Shown piece by piece: positions 33,769 through 45,700 of a DNA stretch of 64,000 nucleotides. Source of the DNA: Somniosus microcephalus (lineage: Eukaryota); assembly GCA_052327205.1 (NCBI GenBank), contig CM126233.1:38564001-38628000 (forward strand). The letters are read 5' to 3'. The notes beneath the pieces were generated by a model that saw nothing but the letters and a program-made list of their open reading frames with translations, ran no database searches and had not been told where the DNA came from. Position numbers and translations under genes: made by a program. Position 1 is the first letter of the stretch. Every line of letters starts with the position of its first letter.

Positions 33769-36700
33769 CTGTCAAAAGAAACAAGAGCGTTGGTTAGAGG
33801 TACAGTATTCCCCAAGACAAGGATCCCATTCGCAAAACACTGGCGAGGCAGGGAGTGAATCCAAGCTATAACACTGTGCTTCACAATCCCCCCACTCTTA
33901 CAGCCTGGTGGGGCTCACCCAGTCTCTGCTATTCTAACTTGCAACACAGCAAACAAACCAACTTCAACTCTTCAGCCTGTCTCGTTCCTTGGCTACCAGG
34001 GTAAAGCCTTGCCACAAAGATGGCCGTGACCAAAAGTTATAAACACAAGAAACAGGAGCAGGCCATTCAGCCCCTCGAGCCTGCTCCGCCATTCAATATC
34101 ATGGCTGATCTTCCACCTCATCTCCACCCGATCCCCATATCCCTTGATTCCCTTAATATCCAAGAATCTATCAATCCCAGTTTTGAATATACTCAACGAC
34201 TGAGCCTCCACAGCCCTCTGGGGTAGAGAATTCCAAAGATTCACCGCCCTCTGAGTGAAGAAATTTCTCCTCATCAGTTCTAAATGGCCGACCCCTTATT
34301 CCTAGACTGTGACCCCTGGGTTCTAGACTCTGCAAGAGGCTCAGTTGCTCAGCATTGGTGAACTATTCCTTTCCAGGACAGTGATAATTTGAACCAGCCT
34401 ACCAGAAATTTACTGGAAAGAATCAAGGGTGGAGGTGGTGATCCAGGCAGGTGTTCGATTCTGAGAATGGAGAATCACTTCAGCAGAAAAGAAACCTAAA
34501 TTTTCTACAGTCTTGACTGGCCATCACCACTAAACAGCACGATAAAGGTTAGGGATGAGAAAATGTCCATCGACCCAGCAAGCTCACCGCCAGTGCTGCA
34601 ACTCCCTCAGTTCAGCATCTAATTACATCTTGAATTCCCCCAATTCTACTCCCTTATCTGGTAGATTATGTCAAACGTTTATTTCCGTCTGCTCATCCTA
34701 TTTATCTGACTGACCTTTAACCATTGGCATGTTGAGTAGGCTGTGCTCCAAGTCAAGTGCAACTCCCTGTAGTGACTGAAAATCAGCAATCTAACTTCGT
34801 CATTTCATCTCTTCACCACCCCCAAGGCACAGCACCACACAACTCCCCCTCCAATCTCTTACCCCTCCCCTCCTGTACCCAGGCTCGAATTCTTCAGACA
34901 AGCAGTACCTGAACAGGATACAAGCAGCAGCAAGATATCTGAATCAACACAAATTCTATCCCAGGCCGAGGCTGCTCACCTGTTGCTGAGAGTTCTGAAG
35001 TGTTTCCAAATACACAATAACCCGGCTTTTGAAGTCTTTGATTCGCTCTTTCTGAAAGTGTGCAAAAAAGCAGGAGAATTAAAATACGTAAAGAGGGGTA
35101 CAACCATAACCAAGGCAACAGCCACACTAGTGTCCCCAGCTGAAATGGGGCGTTTATAAAAAAAGTAGCCAGGTTTAACAGAGTCCGCTCAAACCCCCAG
35201 CAGTGCTTACCTCAAACCGAGCAACTTCCTTTCGAATGGTGACCGAGATCCGCTCAAACTCTCTCTCGCATTGTAGAACTTTGGGCTCCCACTAAAAAAA
35301 GAGTAGTTAGCATCACTCTAGTCATCCATTATCTGTTTACTAGACAGCTCTCCCCTAAGGCAGTATTCCCAGTTAGCCGGCAGATGCCAGGTGTACATCA
35401 ATCTACAGGCAACAAGCTGCAAAAAGAACTCACCATCTGTTTATGTAGTCAGTAAGGCAAGATTGGGTAACCAAGTCCTTCTCACAGGACTCGCCCAATG
35501 CCAGAGTGTATTCGGCAATTAGTAGAGCCACACAGCTGAAGGTTTGATCCTTCTGAGCAGAGTTAGCTGTGGTGGTCGAGGAGCTGCAATTGGTCTCAGC
35601 ACCCTGCTGTCCCAGGTGGGGAAGGGAATAAACCAGGGTTCTGCCCTCCGATCACTATGCAGCATCCCGTACTGGAAGAACATGCCGAGGATAGGATTGG
35701 GTCTGTACCCAGAGCTTCAATCAGAACTTATATATTTATACAGCGAAACCTCCCAAAGTGCTTCACAGGAGCATTACCGAACAAAATTCGACACCAAGCC
35801 ACACAAGGAGATATTAGGACAGATGACCAAAAGCTTGGTTGAAGAGGTAGGTTTTAAGGAGCATCTTAAAAGGAGAGAATTAGAGGGGCGGAGGGGTTTA
35901 GGCAGGGAATTCCAGAGCTTAGGGCCTAGGCAGCCGAAGGCACAGCCGCTAATGGTGGAGTGATTAAAAATCAGGGGATGCGCCAGAATTGGAGGCATGC
36001 GGAGATCTGAGGGTTGTAGGGCTGGAGGAGGTTAGAGAGAAAGGGAGGGGAGAGGCCATGGAGGGATTTGAAAACAAGGAGGAGAATTTTAAAATTGAGG
36101 CATTGCTTAACCAGGAGCCGATGTAGATCAGTGAGCTCAGGGGGTGATGGGTGAACAGGAGCAAGTGAGAACACGGTCAGAGCTTTGGATGAACTTAAGT
36201 TTATGGAGATTGGAAGATGGGTGGCCAGGAGTGACGAGAAAGGCCGAGGTACTGGGTGCACCTGCACCCACCCCAGGGGTGGGGTAAAGGCAGAAGTCTC
36301 CCCTCTTCCATATTGGAATTGATCCACTGCAGCCAATCCACTAGTCTTTTGTACTTCCTCAATGTTTCCCCTGCTGAAGGGAAACTCCTGCTATTGTACA
36401 ATCCCACCGCTGCAGGTGGTGCCCTGCCCAAGCAGTCACTCTTCAGGAGCAGCTAGACAGCAGGCACTGGCAGGCTAGTGGACTGTGGAAGCCGCCACAA
36501 ACCAAGCCAATCTCGCCTTCACCGAGACATCAAATCGTACATCCCAGCGGGTTACGTGATCCTTGCTGGGAGGCTGAGGTTTCGCTCTTTAGCCCATGGG
36601 CACGGAGGCCAATTTTAGCAGCACCCCAACTGTGATCAGCTCACTCAGCGCAGATCAATGCAACCTTTCTGATCTCTACAGCACAGAGACATGCTGCCTT

Positions 36701-39700
36701 TACGAGGAAACCAAACCTTGTATTCAAAACAGTTTTAATTTACAATTCCAAATTCATCCTCTACACCAGAAGGTACGCATGGGCTTCGACAGATTGGAGA
36801 CAATCCCTTATATACTGACCCAAGTGGATTAGTGAAACGCAATGGTGCTGTAAAGAGTGGAGCCCCATCTTCAGGAGGCACCTTGTGCGAGCTGTATTGA
36901 CTGATACCTCTGTTAGCACTAACACTACCTGCACTGCCAAGAGTTAGACACTAAGTGTAGAGGCTGACCAGTGAAATGGTGCCTGCAGATAGGCTAGTAC
37001 AATTACAGAACGATTTAACATTCAAACAATGGAGACGCCTGCTCCCGCTCCTCCGTGTCCCGTACCTCGGATATCTCATCTTTGGCTTGTTGGAGCTTGT
37101 CAGGTTTGCTGGCCCATATGAGTCGAGCTTCGTTCTCTCGCTTTTTCTGCAGCGTGGTCTGAGCATCCTGCCAGCGCTGCCACGCTTTCATCCGCTGGTC
37201 AAACACTCCCTGCACCAGGACAGCACTCTTAGCATCCAGTTTAAAACTTCAACACAGAATTATCCCAATGGCTCAATTAGTAAAGCAAGTGCGCAACCGG
37301 GCCGAGCTAATCAGGTGGTCACGGGTTGAATTATTGGTCTGTGGGAGGGTTACTGCTCCAAGGGGCCCAGGACTCCTGATCCTCATCACTATCCGATGAT
37401 GCCGGACGGAGACACGGTCAGGGGTCAGTTACAATTACCCCCTATTCTTAAACAGCTTGCAGAAGCTTGCTGTGTAGGCAGATGAAGAATGGCCCTGTGG
37501 GCAAGGTACTGGGGGGCAGCTTGCAATTGTGGAACCAAATCTTTCCAAGAGGAAAGTTGCTGCGGGAGGGGGGGGGGGGGGTGGTGGAAAGAGAAAACGG
37601 CCCCACGCACTCGATTGCTCTCTTCCCAAGATAAACGGTTTCCCCACATCATTCCTCCAGAGAATGGCTGGGTAGCCACCCCAGAGCCCAGCTTTACCAT
37701 TACAGGTTCTTTCATCTCCCCAAAATAAGGGGGCAGGGAGAAAAAAACCAAAAAAAAAAGAGAAAAGTAGAAACAATCTCAGCTGCGAGGTAGTTTGTAG
37801 GATCACAATATCCAAACACAAGTAATAACCCAGTTACACTAAACTGCACGAGGGGTTCGAGCGGCAGAGTAATTAAACGGCACCATTAGCACCTGCCGAT
37901 ACCCTCACTGCAGAAATCAGGCGGATATAGTCACTCAGCAACTCGGCAAACAGGAAGAAGTCGTTGTTGGCTTGATCCTGGTAAAGCTGCTCAATCTTCT
38001 CCTCAACCTCTGCGAGCTGCGACAGCGCACGGGATAGCGCCGTGTGGTCCTCCGAGCTCCCCAGCATGGCCGCACTCTTCGCAAAAATGGCAGTGTTCAT
38101 CGCAAGCTCTGAAGATCGAAACAGATCATTACCGTCTAACTCAGACCCGTTTACTGCCTTTAGTGTTTGCGCAGAACAGGACTGATGCCCATTTAGTGAA
38201 GAACACGAAAACTTGTCCATCCACCACTGGGAACTTGCTGAACACCACCCCCCTCAAACAATGTGTTCATCGAGAAAAGTGAAACTCTCCCAGGGCAGGT
38301 ACAACACGGGTTAGATACAGAGTAAAGCTCCCTCTATACTGTCCCATCAAACACTCCCAGGGCAGGTACAGCACAAGTTAGAGACAGTAAAGCTCCCTCT
38401 CCACTGTCCCATCAAACACTCCCAGGGCAGGTACAGCACGGGTTAGATACAGAGTAAAGCTCCCTCTCCACTGTCCCATCAAACACTCCCGGGGCAGGTA
38501 CAGCAGAGTAATGCTCAACTGCCCCAAAGTGCCTAAGCCAGTCTCCTACTGTACTGGAGTAATTTTTCTACAGCTGAGCACTCTGCAATCATGAGCCATG
38601 TGCCAATGATAGTTAGTAATTAAAACTGAACAAACCTGTTTATTGCTTAAATACATCTGTTCACTGCCCTTCAGGGGAGAGAGCCTAAGCAAACAGTTTA
38701 AACATGATTCTCATATGCTTTTACTTTCAAAACTCCAGCAGACTTTGTAATATCCTGAATTTAGGCTGGTGTTTAACTAGTTGATCAATCTTGCTCATTT
38801 TATATTCCTTTGACTCTGAACAATCAGCACTCAGTCACACTGAACTAAAATAGGGGAGGGCATCCATGCCAGACTTGGGTCATGACAAGTGTGTTCTTCC
38901 CGTTCCCCTTTAGGCATCAGTGCGCGGACACAATCTCTCCCTCCCCACTTGCAAATGCTGCCAGTGAAAGTGAACATTGAGTTCACGGTTTATTGCATCA
39001 TTGCATTTGGAGTTTTTGATTAATTGTCATCAAGCAGTTAATCAACCGCTACTGCCCCAACAGGCTCACCCAATCTTAAATAATACAAAGCAGCAACCAT
39101 TGTCAGCACCCAGCAGAGAGAGTCAAGCAGAAATGCATAATTAACCCCACCCCTGTAATCCATCAAAACAGTACATTAGATTGTGACATGCACACAATCT
39201 ACTCATAATTAAGCCCAACTAAAGTTATCTATTGGGGCCCTTACAAAAACCAGATACGACAGCTCTTATACAGGAGGTTTCTGCGGTCTAACCCATGGCA
39301 TCTCCCATACAAGACAGGGAGATGGGAACCCAATAGTTTATAGTCCACTTTAGTTTGCAGGACTTGTGTTGTTGGAAGTCTCAGTTTATGCCTAGACCTC
39401 CTTTGCCAATTGTTCAAACTCTCCAGCCTCACCTTTCCTGTGATTGACGAGTGTTTCAACAACAGCGTGGAGTTTGCGTAACTGCTGGTCTTCACTCTCG
39501 ATCTCCTGAAACTTCTCTTCAAACCACTGGGGAACAGAACAGACAAATATCACATTGTGGGGGGGGGGGGGGGGGGGGAAGACAGATTGAAATGGAGCAA
39601 ATTCACCCCACATTCCTCATGGAAAGTTGCCCCAACTGGTCACTAAAAAGCTTGGAAATGCTATAAAAACCCTGAACACAGTACACAGCCCCATTCAGGA

Positions 39701-42700
39701 TCACATTAGAAGATAATTTTGCAGCTTTTGGAATCGAATAGCAAAGATCCAGAGAAACAGAAGCATCGAGCACAGAAACTCACTTTCCCTCCAACACAAC
39801 AGGTCTAATCAATAGGTCACAGGCAGGACCTGGAGCGCCAGAGAATCACTGGGGACAGAAGGACCCCCCCCTCTCCCACAGCCAATGCAGCCAGCACCTC
39901 TGCCCCTCCTTCGGATTACCATGCCTGGAATTGGCCAACTCAGCACAAACCATGGATGGGACGTGGGACCTTCTGATCTGCAGGTGTAGTTATGGGTTCA
40001 GCTATTATCTGCAGCGCTTGTTCTCCCCATTAAACATTTTTAGAAGCTCTTCAGTCATGCTTCAGCTTATCTTCAGAGACTGGAGTTACATCACTCACAG
40101 GTGCAACGTTAAACAGCAAAAAAAGTGAGGACCGTTGCTCATTACACAGTAGCCAAGAAGCACTTACTATATCCGACTCGTTCATCTTAATGGTCATCTT
40201 GCTGACCGCATCAGCAGCCTTGTTGACCATCCGAAGGAGACCAGCGCCACTCAGAGCCTGAGTGTTTACTGCTCGGGGCAACTGCAAATCAGGTGGAAAT
40301 GTCAATGTTACACACATCGCTCACTAGAATATATATATTAAGTAGATTTCTAATCCCAAAAGCCAATTGAGAAAAGTGCTGGTATGCACAACTGATGTTA
40401 GATCAGCCTTTTCTCCTACTTCATGCTAAAAGCTCAATAAAATACACAATACTACATCACCAAGTGCCAAATATGGGTGATTAGAACGTCCTACATGTTA
40501 ACAGGCGGTGGGAGCGCTACTCAAGTGCCGTAGAGCTGCACCACAATCTGGTGAGACATACCGCAGAGCACGACAAATACCAGCTCTTACCTGCTCATCA
40601 AATTCCCCTGCTGCCTGAGATAGCTGATTCAGTAGATCTCACTAGATAGTGAGAGCTGAGGAACGTGCAGGGTCTGTGATGGAACAGGGGCAGTCCAGGG
40701 TACAGAACAACCCATCAACGGTGACCAGATATCTTTACACAAGGTTCTGCAAGACTGCATCGGCTTTGATCCACTCTGGCCCACCTCTGCAATTAGCTTG
40801 CTTGCCAATATGCTTACTGTGTCAGGAGATCTTAGGAAGGTCAACTTTAAACTTGGGTAATTATCATACATCACCTCCAGATTCAGCCACAAGGGCAACC
40901 CCACAATGGATAAGCTACACAAATACATGGTGCTGAAGGTGGGGATGGCAGGTATACACTGCAAACAGGGGGCTGGAGATTGAGATTTCATATCCCTGCC
41001 TTTCATGGACTTGCAAAGAAAACACCAAGTGCTGGGAATATACAGCCAGTTAGTCAGCATCTACAGATGGAAAAGACAAGCTGACCTTTGGGGCAGAACT
41101 TTGACATGCATTATAGTAGAATCTAAAAAAAAAAAAAAAGAGGGAAGGGAAAATAATATAATCCAAATCGAAGAGGGGAGTTAATGGGATGAATCACCAG
41201 CAAACTGCTAATGAAGCAGGAAATGGTTAGATACAAGTGAACATTGTGGGGAGGCACTGGAAAAACATTAGAAAACAAATGAAAGCCAAGATGGTGGTGA
41301 CCCAGCAACAAAAGCATCAGTGAACTGGAGGGAGGAGAAAAGGGCCACAGATACAGGTGGGAAATTAACATAAATGTTGGAAACCGTGGACACAGGGGGT
41401 GGGAAAAGGTTTGTTCTCTTCCTCCCCAGAATGGAGTTTACCTCATCCTTTTCCAAGAATTCCCTCACATCAGGATCCTGCAACAGTGTGGGGTGTTTGA
41501 TGATTCTCTGTAGATATCTGCAATGATAACCAGAGGATTGTGTTTTTTTTTTTTTAGTTAATTCTTCTTTTAAAACTTTGAAAAACCCATTAACTGATCA
41601 GACATCTGTGCACACTTGGATTACACTTTCCAGGGTTTACGGAAAGCCATTTACAATTAACTGCACGCATGCAGTCTCGTTTTCACAAACACTTGTGTTA
41701 ACGGAGCAGATTTGAGCAGCTGCCACCTCAGCACACTAGAAACTGGTGCACAATACAGTCAGTGCCTTTGATAGTTATGGTGGTAGACGGGAGGAAAATG
41801 CAACAGGCCATCGGACTCACAGATTCCAATCAACTGGCAGTGAAGCATCGCCAGACCCGGCCGTTAATCTCACCACAATCAATGGCCGCTCTCAAATCGA
41901 TTCAAGATTTTCCAGCGTAACAGCGAGTTTGTGCCAGGCGCTGGATATTGTCAGAACGCTGCGTTTACAGAAATGGGCAGCAGTCTGCAATATTCCTTTA
42001 CACACCCTCATTTTAAGTGCCAAACCTCAAACTCAATACTGCACGAGCCAGAGAGGTGGTGCAGTGAAGCTTCTCACTCCTGAGTAAATTGTGGGTCAGC
42101 TGCCACCTAGTGCAAGAAACAGAAACTGCAGAACTGGTCAGAAAGACCGTTTCTCAAAGCCCTGGGAGAGGTAAATAGCCAAGTCAAGACAGCAGCATAG
42201 TTCAGAAGCCCAGGCAAGGGAAAATGATCTGTGCTTCTGCTTTCCAACTCAACACTGGACGCCCCCCACCAGACCGGCCCTCCTTCTCCCCCCCTACCCT
42301 CCACCTCCCACCCCTTCAACAGGAGACAGAGGAAGTAACCAACTGCAGAATTCCTTAAAGTAGAGAATCTGAGATATTTTGGGAAGGATGACAGAATCTA
42401 CAACAGAACGGTAATGAACGCTAGATGGAGTGGGCTCGTTGGCTTACAGTCTGCCATTGTGCAACTGGAGAATCGAAACCTGCTCAAAGTCACACGGAAC
42501 TGCAGAGAGCGCCGTGCGGCACAGATAAAGGGGACATTTTGCAATGATTAATCTTTCAGGGAATAACACTGCAGGAAAAGGTGAGTCACTCACCCACTAT
42601 CAACACCATAAAGTTCATTTACAGTCTGGATAAGGCACACTACAAAGGCGAGAGATATATACTGGGCCACGAGACTACATTCCAACAAGCACATGACCGG

Positions 42701-45700
42701 ACCAGACCACTTCGCCAATTAAATAAAGTTGAATATTTAAAACTTGGCACATTCAGGCATGGTGGGTGGGGGCACAGAGGGATTGAAGAGGCTAGCAAGA
42801 ATTAATGAGAACGGGACCTGCATATTCAGTTTGGAATATGGGTTTATACCAAAATCAACAAAAATAATTGTAAAGAGCAATTTTGCTTCAAAAAAACCAC
42901 GAACGCAAGAAACTGAACATGGCACCAGAATTAGCTTTGGCAAATGTCAGACGCTAAACCAGTTTCCACTGGAGTATGTCATTTTTCTTTCACCCCACCA
43001 GCCTCCACATTCAACGGATCATCCGCTGCCATTTCCACCACCTCCAGCGTGATCCCACCACCAAACACATCTTCCCTTCAGCATTCCGAAGAGTCGAGGG
43101 ACCACTCACTCCGCGACACCCTGGTCCACTCCCATCACCTCCAACACCCGTTCCTGTGGCACCTTTCCATGCGAATGCAGGAGATGCAACACATGCCCTT
43201 ATACCTCCTCCCTTCCCACTGTCCAGGGCCCCAAACACTCCTTTCAGGTGAAACACCGATTTACTTGTACCTCTTGCAATTTAGTATACTGCTGTATTCG
43301 CTGCTCATGATGCGGTCTGCTCTACATTGGGGAGACCAAACGCAGATTGGGTGACCGCTTTGCAGAACACCTCCGTTCAGTCCGTAAGGGGGACCCCGAG
43401 CTCCCGGTGGCCTGTCACTTTAATCCCCCGCTCCACTCAGACCTCACCGTCCTCGACCTCTTGCATTGTTCCATGGAAGCTCAGCGTAAGCTCGAGGAGC
43501 AGCACCTCATCTTTCGATTAGGCACTTTACAGCCTTTTGAACTCAACAGAGTTCAACAACTTCAGACTATAACTGTGGCCCCTATTTTTTACCCCCTCAC
43601 ATGGCAGCTGTTAGTCAGAGTGTCAGAGTTACACAGCACAGAAAGAGGCCCTTCGTGTCTGTGCCGGCCATCAAGCCCGGTCTAATCTAATCCCATTTTC
43701 CAGCTCTTGGTCCGTAGCCTTGTTTGCTATGGCGTTTCAAGTGCTCATCCAAATGCTTCTTGAATGTTGAGGGTTCCTGCCTCTACCACCCTTTCAGGCA
43801 GTGAGTTCCAGATTCCAACCACCCTCTGGGTGAAAAAGTTTTTCCTCAAATCCCCTCATCTTGAATCTATGCCCCCTGGTTATTGACCCCTCTTCTAAGG
43901 GGAAAAGTTCCTTTCGATCTACCCTATCTATGCCCCTCATAATTTTATACACCTCAATCAGGTCACCCCTCAGCCTTCTCTGCTCTAAGGAAAACCCCAG
44001 CCTATCTAATCTCTCTTCTTAGCTGAAGCGCTCCAGCCCAGGTAACATCCTGGTGAATCTCCTCTGCACCCTCTCCAATGCAATCACATCCTTCCTATAG
44101 TGTGGCAACCAGAACTGCACATAGTATTCCAGCTGTGGCCTCACCAGCGTTTTGTACAGCTCCATCATAACCTCCCTGCTCTTATATTCTATGCCTCAGC
44201 TAATGAAGGCAAGTATCCCATATGCCTTTTTAACCACCTTATCTACCGGTCCTGCTGCCTTCAGGGATCTATGTACATGCACACCAAGGTCCCTCTGATC
44301 CCCTGTCCTTCCTAGGGTCCTACCATTCATTGTGTATTCCTTTGCCTTGTTAGTCCTCCCAAAATGCATCACCTCACACTTTTCAGGGTTAAATTCCATT
44401 TGCCACTGTTCTGCCCATCTAACCAACCTGTCTATATCCTGTAGCCCAAGGCTTACCTCCTCACTATTTACCACTCCACCAATTTTTGTGTCATCTGCAA
44501 ACTTACTGATCATACCTCCTACATTCATATCTAAAATCATTAATGTACACTACAAACAGCAAGGGTCCCAGCACCGATCCCTGCGGTACACCACCGGACA
44601 CAGGCTTCCAGTCACAAAAACAACCTTCGACCATCACCCTCTGCCTCCTGCCACTAAGCCAATTTTGGATCCAATGTGCCAAATTGCCCTGGATCCCTTG
44701 GGCTCTTACCTTCTTGACCAGTCTCCCATGTGGGACTTTGTCAAAAGCCTTACTGAAGTTCATGTAGACTACATCAACTGCACTACCCTCATCCACACAC
44801 CTAGTCACCCCTCGAAAAATTCAATCAAATTGGTCACACATGATCTCCCCTGACAAAGCCATGCTGACTATCCTTGATTAATCCTTGCCTCTCCAAGTGG
44901 AGACTAATTCTGTCCCTCAGAATTTTTTCCAATAATTTCCCTACCACTGATGTTAGGCTCACTGGCCTGTAATTCCCTGGTTTATCCCTACTACCCTTCT
45001 TGAATAATGGTACTATGTTAGCGGTCCTCCAGTCCACTGGCACCTCCCCTATGGCCAGAGGTTCTGAAAATGTCAGAGCCCCTGCAATTTCCTCCCTTGC
45101 TTCACAGCAGCCTGGGATACATCTTGTCTGGGCCTGGGGATTTATCCACTTTTAAGCCCACTAAAACCGCTAGTACCTCCTCCCTCAATACTAATTTGTT
45201 GTTGATTCTGCCAGCGCCATTTACACCTCATCTAGTCATCTTTTGTTTCTTAACTTGTCCCATCACCATCTCCTTTTGCTTTGCACCATCATCCCTTTTG
45301 TCTTTTAATCTCTCCTGCCATCCATCCCATACCTTCCTTTTTGTTCTTTCCTCCTTTTCCCTGCCCCTAGTTCTGACAAAGGGTCACAGGCCTGAAACGT
45401 TAACCCGGTTTCTCTCTCCACGGATGCTGCCTGGCCTGCTGAGTGTTTCAGCATTTTGTGTTATTTCAGATTTCCAGCATCCGCAGTATTTTGCTATTGC
45501 GTTGTGTGGGAGTATGTAATTTCATAGCCTGAAACCCTACTCCGAGCCGGAGTCAGTTATACATAGAAAAATAGGAACAGGAGTAGGCCATTCAGCCCTT
45601 TGAGCCTGCTCCACCATTCAATATCATGGCTGATCCTCTATCTCAATACCATGTTCCCACTCTCCCCATACGTGTCTAGAAATCTATATCAGCTCCTTAA

